DNA from: Paramecium tetraurelia
Lineage: Eukaryota
Assembly: GCA_000165425.1 (NCBI GenBank)
Contig: CT868001.1
Span: forward strand, 124,001 to 188,000
Direction: 5' to 3'
DNA length: 64,000 nt
Shown: piece by piece, positions 14,557-25,915 of the stretch
How positions within the stretch are numbered: the stretch's first letter is position 1
Layout: every line of letters starts with the position of its first letter
Translations under genes and position numbers: made by a program
Notes under the pieces: model-generated
Told to the model about the DNA's origin: nothing
What the model saw: the letters and a program-made list of their open reading frames with translations, nothing else
Database searches by the model: none

Positions 14557-16682
14557 TAACATGATTAATTCTTATATCTTGAATAGACCAAAAAAAAACA
14601 TTATTTTATTCATCTGATATATATATCCTAAATTTCGGATTTTATCCTTGTCATGCAAAACTTCTATTATCTGTTTTTTTTAAAAATCGATATAAAAAAT
14701 ATGCAAAATAAATTGTTTGAATCTCATTTTTTGTTCCTACTAAAGAATCCCTTGATAAACTCTCAATAGTTTAAATTTATTGAATAAAAGGATAAAATTA
14801 AATGATTTTGGCTAGTCTTAAATTTATTCTTAAATTATAATAATTATTAAAAATATCAAATTTACATATGAAAAATAATGAATAAATTAGGTATAAATTA
14901 ATTGAATGCTAAAATTTTCTTCAAATTAAAAATTTATTATAATTTGATATCCCCAAAATATTGCAACTAATAAAGTTATTTAGATCTAAGTAATTCGATC
15001 ACTCACTCACTTATATAAAAGTAAATTACCTATATGATATGATTAGCATGAATATGAAAAGAATTTATTAGGTACTCAATAATACTTTGCCTATCAAAAT
15101 TAAAGTTCTATTAGTAAAAGAAAGTTCTAATTAGTTGCATATTCCCATGCTATTCTCTACCTTTGATTTTTATTCCATTTTTAATTCTAACACAAAATTA
15201 AGATTTTTACTCTTGTTTAAAGTCTCAAGCCTTAAAATCTATCTTTATTAATCTTAATAATATTGATTAGAAGATTTAGATTTCAGGTTAACTATTTTAA
15301 AAATCTTGTAAAACTGCAAATGCTTTAAAACTGAATTAAGATATTATATTTTATTAATAATAGAGCAATAAGTCCTCATTCGAAAATATTATTTCATATC
15401 CTTAAAATTTTGATGTGTTGCCTGTTAATTTGAAATTCCTTTTCTATAATATATAATTTTAATAGAATTTTGAATAAATATGAAATAATGATTTTTAAAT
15501 ATTCCATAAAATCCTTTTCAATTTTATTCAATATTTAATACATATACGATATTTTAATAAATTCATATCAAAATTGAAGAGGAATTATGATAATTAACAT
15601 ATTTATTAAAACCTTGAAATAGGAATTTATAATTTTTTAAATTTGAAGTCTTAACAAGTTAGAAATCCTCATGCTCACTATTTGCATAGGATGAGAGAAA
15701 TAAATCCTTTATGAAAAACAAAAACCAAATACATAATAAACTTTTAATAATTCTACTAAAATCCAAAAAGGATCAAATTTGAGATATGTAATACAGCTCA
15801 TTAAAACAGCAGTTGACTTTGATTAGAGTATTCCTTGACCTTCTATACAATCCTATCTTAAGCATGTTTGCTGTTATTGTATAAAGGATGATATTACAAA
15901 TTTTATCCACAGCATCCAGCTAAAAAGAGGATTTCTAATTTAATAGGTTTCCCTAATTCATATGTTTCATAAGTCTTCCAGCTCCTACTAATATTACAGA
16001 TGCTTGTTAGGACAAAGTCTTAAGCTTTTCCGAATTTATAACCATTATGAACAACATATTATTCTTAGTTTTGGGTTGTTAAAATAATGCCATAATGGAT
16101 TGGTTCTTATGCATCAGGTTTACAGGCTCTTTAAGTAAGTTCAACTTTAACTACTTATAAACACAAAATTTCTTTGAACTATTTCTTTGACATTCTATTA
16201 TTAATGAATTATTTTCGTATTCTACCTCTTATATAGATTTACTTTGATTTATATTTAAATCTAATAGAAATCAAATTTTAATATTTAATAGGGTGGACTT
16301 GACCCTCCAATTTTAAAATCTCATTATAAATAATCAAATGTAACAATTTTTGATATTTGATCTATGCTCATATCAAAATAACTTCTCAGTTTAACTACAA
16401 AACAAATATTAAGACACAATCTTTAATCTAATTCTATTGTTATCAAGGCTAAAAACAGAATTAATTTATCTTGTTTTAAGAAATCTTTAGAGGCAGGAAT
16501 TTATATCCTAAATCGAGCTTAATTTCTATGTTTTCAAAGTTTTTTGTAGTAATTAATTATATAATGTAAAAATATGAGTCATATATAAATCTTTAAAGGT
16601 TAGAGTTTCCATTATTGGTAATTATTCAGTTATTATTTATCTATATTTATATATATTTAATTTATATTTTATAATAATAAAT

Positions 16683-17048
16683 ATGGCTTCACAAGCTATT
16701 GCAAAAGATTTGTATACATATACAAATGATGAAAGGTTCAGTATCTAATAATATGCTATCTAGCTTATAATTGATGATCTATTCAATTAAAGGGAATCAA
16801 GTATGCAAAGATCAAAGAAAAAGTTTCAATCTCTGCAGATCAACACCTTTGGGAAAGCATGTTGAACCTGAGTTTTGCAAAGATAGTGCGATATCATTCA
16901 TTGATTGCTTTTTGGGAGTGTATTCATTCTTTACTATTATTTAAGTCAAAGGAATGCGAAGTGTCATTAGCAATTTTAGAAAGTATTTGACATCGCCAAA
17001 ACAGGACAATATGCTTAAGAAAGTTTGGAAGATTATTTGAAATGTTGA
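16683..17048 (+). CDS. Twin CX9C mitochondrial intermembrane-space protein (NDUFA8-like spacing)
   Basis: CKDQRKSFNLC...EPEFCKDSAISFIDC...KCHQQF; two micro-introns; about 105 aa. Confidence 0.65.
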
Positions 17049-17099
17049 ATACGATTATACAATAGTATCCAAAAATATTATTTTTATATATATATCATT

Positions 17100-17609
17100 T
17101 TAAGCTCATCTAAGTTCTCAAAAGCCCTTTAGCCTTCTTTTTCTACTGTCCTTCTCCCTTGAATTGTGATCACTCATCCATTATTTGGATTCAAAATAAG
17201 TAAACAAGGTATGCCTATATATTGGTTATAAGTACCTTATATATGCCTTTTATATTCATAATACACTTAATATTATACAAATTCTTTAAAATCATAAATA
17301 ACCAAGGCATATCCCTCACAGTCTCCTTATATTTCTCTTTGTTCTCATCCATTCCAATGTAAATTATTTCCAACTATTAAATATCCTTATTTATTTTTGA
17401 GTAGAATTCAACTTCTCAATAGCTCAATTAATTACTCAAGGATGGTGTAAATCTTCAACAGGGTTAACTCCATTTAGCTCCAAATAAACACTCACAGATG
17501 TAGCATTCTTGAGGTTTGGTCCATCCGTTGGACCTTTAACTGATTGAAATGAAGTAAGTTGAAAATCCATCATATACTAATTATACCATTACTTTCTAGA
17601 TAATTTTAG
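17100..17609 (-). pseudogene. Nucleoredoxin/tryparedoxin-like thioredoxin pseudogene
   Basis: VY/GAKWSQPC*RFTPSL, LEIIYIGMDE, DMPWL, GIPCLLILNPNNG*VITIQGR. Needs two frameshifts and has two in-frame TGAs. Confidence 0.8.
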
Positions 17610-17848
17610 AATCTGTTTTATATTTTCCTATATTACATCAATTCCTCACTAAAGAAGAGAAAGTCATCCAAGGTTCAAATTATGAATGTCCTTAATTTGG
17701 TTCTAAATATAGCTTACAAGAAATTATAAAATAAGTTATTTTCTTTCTCTAAAAAATATTTTATCAGATGGTTTATATTTATTATAAATGTTTTAATAGA
17801 TTAATCAATAATAAATTAAATTGTTAGTTATTATATACAATTAAGGAC

Positions 17849-18862
17849 TCATTCAGTTTTTATTTATTGCTGTTAGTGATATACTTATTCTAACATTGGT
17901 TAGAAATAATGTTTCCACAAAAAGGTGATATTGTAAGACGTTAAAGTTCCAGAATCAAGAGCCTTGAAAAAGTACAATTCTTTAAAGAAGTCTTCCTCAA
18001 TTTAATTTAGTTCATTTTTATTGACTCTTTTAATATTTTATTCACTTGGGAGGAATAATACAATTTCGGGCATTATTGATAGAACTTCTTATTTTATATC
18101 TTATAATAGATGATGTTGTTATTCATCCTTCTATATTTCAGTATTTTAAATAGACATGTCTACCTTCTCAGTTTAAAACTCATTTTTAATACACACTTGC
18201 TTCTTTTATGGGCTTTCAGTAGATTCTAAAAGCAAGGATAATTAATTTCTGAACTTTTTCATCTCGATAGAATAATTTTCTTCTGGCACCGAGCATATTT
18301 TTTCATACAGTTAGGAGAGCTTATGATAATGTTGCTTTTCAATAGAAATTATTGAACCTTATTTTGTATTACATAATTCAATTTATTTGAGTAGTTATTT
18401 AGATTCACTATCAATTTTCTAGAATTATTTTGTGTTTTAATTAATATAATTTAATTCTGTCAATTATGAAGCATGCTCCGAATCATAATTTGATTCTTGA
18501 GTCTCTTTATAGAACTTACAAAAATCAAAGTTATTCTGTATTCTGGTTAAAAACTATTAAATTAATGAATTATCGTATTTGTCTTTAAGTTTAAATGTTT
18601 TTTCAGATACCTCCTAGATAATCTATGAGAGTAATTCTTGACCTTTGAGTTAATGTAAACTCTTCCACAACTCCTAATTTGGATAACTTTGAATTGTTGC
18701 ACATCTTGAATTAACGCTTGGCTTTATTGAAACACATAATATGAAAGGATGAAATCCAATTTCGCGATCATTAAAGCATTGCCTTATCCAGCCCATTATT
18801 TTCTTTATCAAAAGCTTCTTTTGTTTCTCTAGTGTCCTTTTATCAGGTGTACTTAAACTCAT
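17849..18862 (-). CDS. Hypothetical protein
   Basis: ATG 18862 to TGA 17849, open frame under the ciliate code (MSLSTPDKRTLEKQKKLL...FLWKHYFQPMLEQVY...). Confidence 0.7.
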
Positions 18863-19972
18863 CTATGGATGAAAAATATTTAAATAATAATATTCTCTAT
18901 TATTAATTTAAATACTATTCTAAAAACATAATTTCAATCTTGAATCAATCACCTCTATTAATAATCTAAAATAAGAATTATTAAAGGTATAATATCTTAT
19001 CCAAATAGTAATAGAAACTAAAATACATTTAAATTTAGTGTGTATAATATATTAATAATAATAATAAAAACCTCGAATTAAATGAGTTATATACTATTCT
19101 TGCATTCACAGGTTGTCCTTGTCGTTGGTGGGATATATTTCTTCAATTTTGGTACAAGGGAACCATACAATTTGCTGTTCTTTGAAGTTGGCTTAATTAG
19201 GCTAAATTTTGATTCTACAATTATAAATTCAGTTTATTATATAATGAGATTCTGGGAGGTGGAGAAAAAAACATTAAGGAATTCTTTCGGCATTTATGCA
19301 AACATGTACATTTTCAATTATTTTGGTTCATATTTAAGTTGTATTTCTATTATTTCTAATATTGCGAAGTAAGTTTGGATTGTATTCTATAGTTAGTCGA
19401 TTTCTCTTCAGAACCTATTATATATTGAAATAGCAACGCTTATAATAAGCGATAAAGGTTAGATTAGAACTTGATATTAAATGATTGATAATTGGATGGC
19501 AAGGATGATTATTTAAATGTTAAGCGTAAATCAACAGCCAAAGAAATCTTTCCTTTTTTGAGCAAGAATTAATCAATTAAAATAAAATCATATATTCGAT
19601 TGATTAGGTTAACAGTGATTAAATTTCAGAACTTTTTTATTTACTCTGATTACTTAGGACTGTCAGAATCCACCAGAAATAATTTATATGAATGGGTGGT
19701 TGTTCTTAATTTATAAATCGATTTATTTTATGAGAGATCATGATCTTGAATTCTTCTTTATTGCTTACAATAGTTTAGACTATGCTTTAATTGGATGACA
19801 AATAAAATAATCTTTTTTCTATTCTAATTTTTTATATTTTATTAAATTACAAAACTTTGTGTTTACTTTATAAGTGTTGCTTAATTCAATTGATGTTAGA
19901 GAATGAAGGTATTACTTTAAAAGGAAGAAAAATGTTAAGCAAATTCAAAATTATTTAAAGTTAAATTCAATT

Positions 19973-20844
19973 ATGAATGTATTTAACAACAATTCTTCAG
20001 ATGAACTTCCTCAAAATCTAGAAGATCTTAAAGCCAATTCGGAATGGATACTAGGTATTTTTGAAGCAGGCAGAGGACCTCTGATTGGACCTATCATAAT
20101 TGCAGGTTGCTTTTGGCCAATCACGAATCATAATTACATTGTTAAATAATGTTCTTTATCACTCAATAAACAATTCTACTAAAATCAAGTTGAAAGTTCA
20201 GAAATAATTAGTAAACTTAAAGGCAAGGCATTGCAATTTGAAACAATCGAAATTAGCGCCCAAAAATTATCAACTAAGATCTTGGCGTATACTCCTTCTG
20301 ATGTAAATGAAATTAGTTTAAATTACACATTATAACTTATTAAAAATATACTGTCAAAAGGATACAAAATTATTGGTAGCAATTAGATATTTAATAGATA
20401 GAGTGTTATATTAATCCCATTGGTTTCAAGGAAAATTTGAATGAAGTTTTGAAAAAGGGTCTTGGCTTAGGAAATAATGACTTAAAATTTATTGTGGGAA
20501 TGCATTAAACAATAATTGCAGCCTAAATTGTGTCTTTGCAAGAAAGGAATACTCGATTGCTGCAAATATAATAAGATATTTATCCATCTGGATAAATGGG
20601 ATCGGGTTACCCTTCAGATGCTCTGACAAGAGAGTTTCTCTCTAAAGTCAGCATTCCTGTTTTTATTTATCCATAAGACATTAGATTTGCTTGGTAAACA
20701 GTAAGCGCTAGTCTTAAATAAAAAGCAATCAACATTGAATATTTATCCGAAGAGAATTGGACAAGATAAACAAAAGAACAATTCTTAGAAAACCCCTCTT
20801 TTTTAGAATATGGAGGATTACACTTTGAAAATTATTATTTATGA
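19973..20844 (+). CDS. RNase H2 subunit A-like protein, predicted catalytically inactive
   Basis: LGIFEAGRGPLIGP, VNEIS, GSGYPSD, IRFAWQT motifs. One 26-nt intron (20376-20401); 281 aa, uninterrupted. Confidence 0.88.
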
Positions 20845-20899
20845 TCTATCATGAAAATGGATTCTTAATTATTTAATCTATTTTTAATTATTAAATATT

Positions 20900-20906
20900 A
20901 AAAAAA
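20900..20906 (-). terminator. RNA polymerase III oligo(dT) terminator of the tRNA
   Basis: Run of 7 T on the minus strand immediately after the discriminator base. Confidence 0.75.
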
Positions 20907-20979
20907 GCAATTTGCGAGGATTCGAACCTCGGACCTTCGGATTTGGAATCCGGCGTGTTAACCACTTCACTACAAATTG
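20907..20979 (-). tRNA. trnW: tRNA-Trp, anticodon CCA
   Basis: Cloverleaf: CAATTTG/CAAATTG acceptor stem, D-loop with GG, anticodon loop TT-CCA-AA, T-arm CGAGG-TTCGAAT-CCTCG. Confidence 0.92.
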
Positions 20980-21011
20980 AATTTAAATTTTAGTAGAGTG
21001 TATAATTTATA

Positions 21012-22004
21012 ATGGAAATTAGAAACTTAATGGAAGATTAATAAATTAGAATAAACAAAATTTATTATTATAGATAATGTCTATTTTTGTAGAAAAATAA
21101 AAGAATTTTTAATGATTTTTTATAATTGATATCTTCTGAGCACAATTAAACGATATTGATAAGATCATTATTAAAATTACAGAGTTTAAAAATATGGAAA
21201 AATTCTCGTTGCATAAGAATCAAAGATATTTCTAAGATCATATAATCTGCCAAAATTTGAGGCATCAATTTCTATTGTTTCAAATGGTGATGTTTTTATT
21301 TAAGTTTACAAATAATTTATGAACTTTCAGTTAAAAGAAATCAAGTTAGATCAAAGAATATTAATAACTATTTTGAAAATAAAGAATAAACCCATCATAA
21401 AAAAAAGAGAATTGTTTTTAAATTAATAATTTTAGTAATTTATGAGAGTTCATTTGAATAAAAATTTATTAATGCTAATTAACTTCAGTTTCTTTAATAT
21501 AAAAAGATAGCAAGTTTACTACTTGAATTTGATACAATTTGAATTTGATTAAAAAAAGGGATATATGACATTGTAATTTCATCATCGTTGTAATCAAGAG
21601 TATCTGATGATGAAGGTAAAAGTGAAATTTCTTCAATTAGTATATAATAATAATTTGATTTTATTAATATTGAGTATATGGGATAAATCTGCAAGAGCTG
21701 TGAAAAAAGGGATATAGATAAAACTGAATTAATGATTGAATCATCCCCCCAACATTAAGAAATAAAATTTATTGAAGATTTTGAATTCATTAGTGGTTTA
21801 GATAAATTAGAATCATCAAAGAAAATGAGTATGCTCACCTTCCAAAATAAAAATAACAGTAGTAGTTACCCTCATGGAGATTCACTCTATCAAGGGTCTC
21901 TTTTCAGTGTTGTAACTCCTGATTTTAGTGCTTTTTCCTCAAATTTAGTTTAATGAATTGTCCATGCTGTCAGATAGCAATATTTGAATTGATCTATGGT
22001 ATGA
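21012..22004 (+). pseudogene. Probable pseudogene (or readthrough candidate) with several in-frame TGAs
   Basis: A single frame of 331 codons from ATG 21012 with coding-like D/E codon phasing. TGAs at about 21258, 21288, 21540, 21546, 21954 and 21990, with no obvious introns removing them. Confidence 0.45.
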
Positions 22005-22121
22005 TTTCTTACTTATATATTTAATATGATTTTTGTAATTATGTAATTGTTACAATGAAAATAATAGTAAATAACATAAAAATTATAATATATATTGTGA
22101 AAAAATGATGTACAATTAATT

Positions 22122-22844
22122 TTATTTAGGCAGATTTTTTTTTTTCACCATAAAATAGCTCCAGTTATTAATCTCAATCCCTAAAAAAAAAATAATGACA
22201 ATGAAGAACATATTTATAACATCTTCAAATATCAAAAATAAAAACTTCTGCCCAACCTTATAATTCAAAACCCAAAAGACTATTCTCAGAAGTGAAGAAA
22301 ATCCCATAGTTACAAGTATTTCTAGATGTCAGGCTCAACTGTTTTGATCAAGATGCAAATTTTGTTCTAAAAAAAATTCCTCATATAAATTTGAGGCAAA
22401 AAGGCACAAGCTTCAATGAATAGACTCATAGAAACAAATATTTGAACTGTAAAATAAATTTCGTCCTTCGTCCTATGTGTTCAATAAATAATAAGAATAT
22501 TGGGATAAGAGTTAGAGAAAAGCGTCGATCTTTTATTAAATGAAGACCAGTGTGTCTATGATAAAAATGAAAATGAGCTTACCTGAATTTGTAGAAAAGA
22601 TAAATGATATAAGCACTCAATGCAATAGAGAAGATCTACTCAATCCAAATCAAAAAGAATTTTAATAATCTGGTATCACCAATGTAAAGGTTTCACATCA
22701 AGGTTCCAATAAAATACATCATTAAGGTTTCTAAAGCCACTCCCCATTTATTCCTTTTCTCATTAATGCGTTTAATGAAAAAAGTAAGCCGCAGAATTTT
22801 ACATAAAGTGACCAAGTGTAAAAATTATCAATATAAAAATCCAT
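22122..22844 (-). pseudogene. ERD2/KDEL-receptor-related (PQ-loop) pseudogene
   Basis: WGVALETLMMYFIGTLM*, SLFIEACAFLPQIY, MGFSSLLRIVFW motifs. One intact intron, but several frameshifts and an in-frame TGA. Confidence 0.65.
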
Positions 22845-22858
22845 AATAATTATTATTA

Positions 22859-23194
22859 ATGGATAAGAAGAATCAAATTAAGGAATTGGAAAATGAAATA
22901 CAGGATAAATGGTCGCAATTAATTGAATCATATTACAATCCCTTAATAAGGAAAGCACATCTAAAAACTGTCTAGGAAATAGCCAAATGCAAAGATCAAG
23001 AATGCATAGAATATTGGTTGAAAAAGAGAGAAGCACCAAAAAACTATTTAAAAAAAGTTACCAAAACATATGAAAATGGAATAGAAGATTGTTTATTCAA
23101 TTGCAAATATTCAATGGCTCTTGAAATGGACGATTGTTATATTGAATGTTTCTCAAATATTAAGAAAATAGTTGATAAATTACATTAATTTTGA
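22859..23194 (+). CDS. Small Cys-motif protein, FAM136A/DUF842-like
   Basis: 111 aa, helical, with AKCKDQECIE, EDCLFNC and DDCYIEC paired-Cys motifs. Family assignment is by pattern only. Confidence 0.55.
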
Positions 23195-23599
23195 TATAAA
23201 TTATTAATTTAATTATTTTAAACTACAAAAAGCAAGAGAGAATTAAGAAAACTATCTGAATTGTCCAAACTTCTAAGTTGCTAATCCTTTTCATTCTTAT
23301 TCTAAAAGAAATTTTGATATCGAAACTGTATTAATTTTTCTATCTCATCAGTTAATACTTTAGTTTCTTAAGCATAACACTTTACAATGAATGTTGATAA
23401 ATAATTTATAATTAAAAAAAAGCAAGATTTAATACTCCAAACACATAAATCTCTAATAGTTATCATTCTAATATCTAATTACTTGAGTTTAAATGACATC
23501 TTACAAAGTTCTTTAATAAGGGCTATATAGTTCATTATTCTAATTAGATCCTATTGGGAAATATTCAAATATTTTTAATGATTCATATATATAATTATA

Positions 23600-24614
23600 T
23601 CATTCTGGTGACTTATAGAAATTATTTAATGCATATAATCTAACTTAGCCTAATGTAACAAACATGCAAATGTTCCATGTGATGATTCTACCTGCATTTG
23701 CTGAGAATCCATTGTATAGATTTAACACTCCCTATTCATAATCGATTGAAATTTCTTACTTCGTTTTTTATGATGTTACTCACAACTGTTAAAACACCAA
23801 CATTTTGATTCATAACTCTAGTCTTAATCAAATCAACTGGCTATCCAACCACTGCTGCTATGAATCCTGCACAAGCACTTGAAGCAAAATGGCATGTTAA
23901 ACCTTCATGGAATAACCCGGTTTTAATTAGAGATTCCTTGATGTGATCAAAGGTGGCTAACTCAGCACAATTAATCACAGCATTTCTAATGATGTTTGGA
24001 GTTACTCCTCTCCAAAATCCGTGCAACCTTAAATTCATAAATATCTATTACCCATCTTGTTTGTAGATCTTAATGTATGCATCTGTCAAGTTCTTATAAC
24101 GACGTTAATCAGCTGGAAGATTACCATCGACCTAAAATCTCACCTTTATCACATCAAATGGACTTGCGATTGAGATACCAATTCCACCTGTGGCTAGACC
24201 TGCATAAATCTTTTTAGACAGGGGAGGATCACCTTTGAAATCTTTTCCACAGAAGAAATCACGCGTCTTTGATATTCAATAATTAATCCTTACAGGTTCA
24301 TACAATCCAATACGGATTGATGCAAACACTAATTGTCTCTGGATTCCTGCTGAAAGACCCTTGAACAAACTTGAAACTCCCTCTTCACCATAAATTTGTC
24401 GAGTTGTGTGTAACAATCCGTGATATCTGTACTTCCCATTCGCATCTGGCTTTTGGATTTAAAGACGCACCTTCTATTTTCAAATATCAATGTATAACAT
24501 TACAGCTGTATCAATAGGGATGGTTATAGCCTCTGCTACACTACCTGCAATACCACCTGTGATCATTTTCACCCAATCTGGCAAATCATTTATGCTCTTA
24601 TATTGTTTGCTCAT
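23600..24614 (-). CDS. Mitochondrial carrier, uncoupling-protein (UCP) type
   Basis: Three carrier signatures (PIDTAKVRLQ, PFDVIKVRFQ, PVDLIKTRVM) plus UCP-like GIQRQLVFASIRIGLYEP and PNIIRNAVINCAELATFD. Confidence 0.92.
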
Positions 24615-25187
24615 TTTATTAATTTAATGCGTCAATTCATTGTAATATAAATTAAAATAACAAAAAAATAATATAAAATTAAAAGATTTCTCGTTTTTAA
24701 ATTAGATTATATACACTTTATTCAATTTCCAACTCTAAGCCCTATTTCTAATAATGCTTTCCTTTGGATATCAAAGAGTAGCAAATGCATATCGTATAGA
24801 AAAGTAGTAAATCGAATAAAGATTAATTTTTGGAAGCTTTTTTTAAAGAGAGAATTTATCAAATTTCAACTATTTCTGATGGAACTATGTTATTACATTA
24901 AAAATCTAATAGAAAATATTTTAATTCTTAAATCGTCTATATTAATCCATGATTTTAAAGGATTTTATTTTATAGTTATTTTAATAAATAAATTAAAATA
25001 TTTAACAAATGATTAAAATGAGGTAAAACATTCTTTTGATGTTTGTTTTACCATCCATTAATCAGATATTAAGTTATTCTGAAACTTAAACAAAATTCTT
25101 GATTAATCATAGAATTTTATCTTCAGAAAATACATTTTTGTTCATATAATAATATTTTATAGATGGTTGTGTTTTAGAAAATCAAAA

Positions 25188-25827
25188 TCAAGAATCTATT
25201 TTCTCATTGTCTAAATCATCAGATTAACTTGAAAAACTGTAGTCCAGATTTCTTTCATTTGTTATAAGATTTAAGGCAAATTTTGGTTCCATATCATCCT
25301 CTTAGCCTTATTGCTACTCTATTTGTTTTAAATTTAGTGTCTAGATTTATTCAATTAAATCTATGGCAGGGAATCTACTCAATAGTTTGGGAGGGGGTTT
25401 GTTTTAAGCATTCGAACTGTCTATGTAATTGATTGATATTATATATACTATGTTGAAAATTGAATTGAGACACTACTATAGATTTCTTTGGCATTATTGT
25501 AGAATGCCTACTTGGTACTTGAGGCTATGTCTTTCTTTATTATTTATTGGCTATTAATTTAGTAGTGTTTTTTAGCGGTTCTTGGGACAGATAACGAAAC
25601 AAAGAATTGTAAGAGGGATTGTTAAGATCTTATTACTGTAAGCCTGCTTGTAATAATATTTATTTTAATGGTTCATCTATGTCCGAATTAATCGATGTAA
25701 TAGAATCTAGCATAGGATTTGTAATATTGATTTTGAATTTTTAGAGTTGTTCATTTTGATTTGAAACACACCCTCCTGAAATAATAGGCTTCACTCTATA
25801 TTAAGGCCAAAAATATTCTGAGTTCAT
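25188..25827 (-). CDS. Hypothetical protein with possible WH2-like motif and acidic tail
   Basis: 203 aa after removing a 28-nt intron; contains PPPK...AIDLIEQIQTLNLKQIE and ends SDDLDNEKIDS*. Confidence 0.65.
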
Positions 25828-25915
25828 TTAAACTATAAGAGAGGGAGAGGAAATGAAGAAAGTTATTGTTATATAGTTTTTAATATTATTGGTATGATAA
25901 TATAAAATTTTATAT

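Noticed and set aside
17450..17485. In-frame TGA next to the thioredoxin-like active site as possible selenocysteine
   Set aside because: The TGA follows the second Cys at the conserved Arg position, not at a Cys position, and the gene has frameshifts.
19082..19800. Possible membrane protein or GPCR-like ORF
   Set aside because: No frame on either strand stays open or gives a recognisable motif, so the strand cannot be assigned.
22200..22850. Plus-strand frame with clustered TGAs (IK*RPVCL*QK*K*)
   Set aside because: It is the antisense of the ERD2-like pseudogene and its intron.
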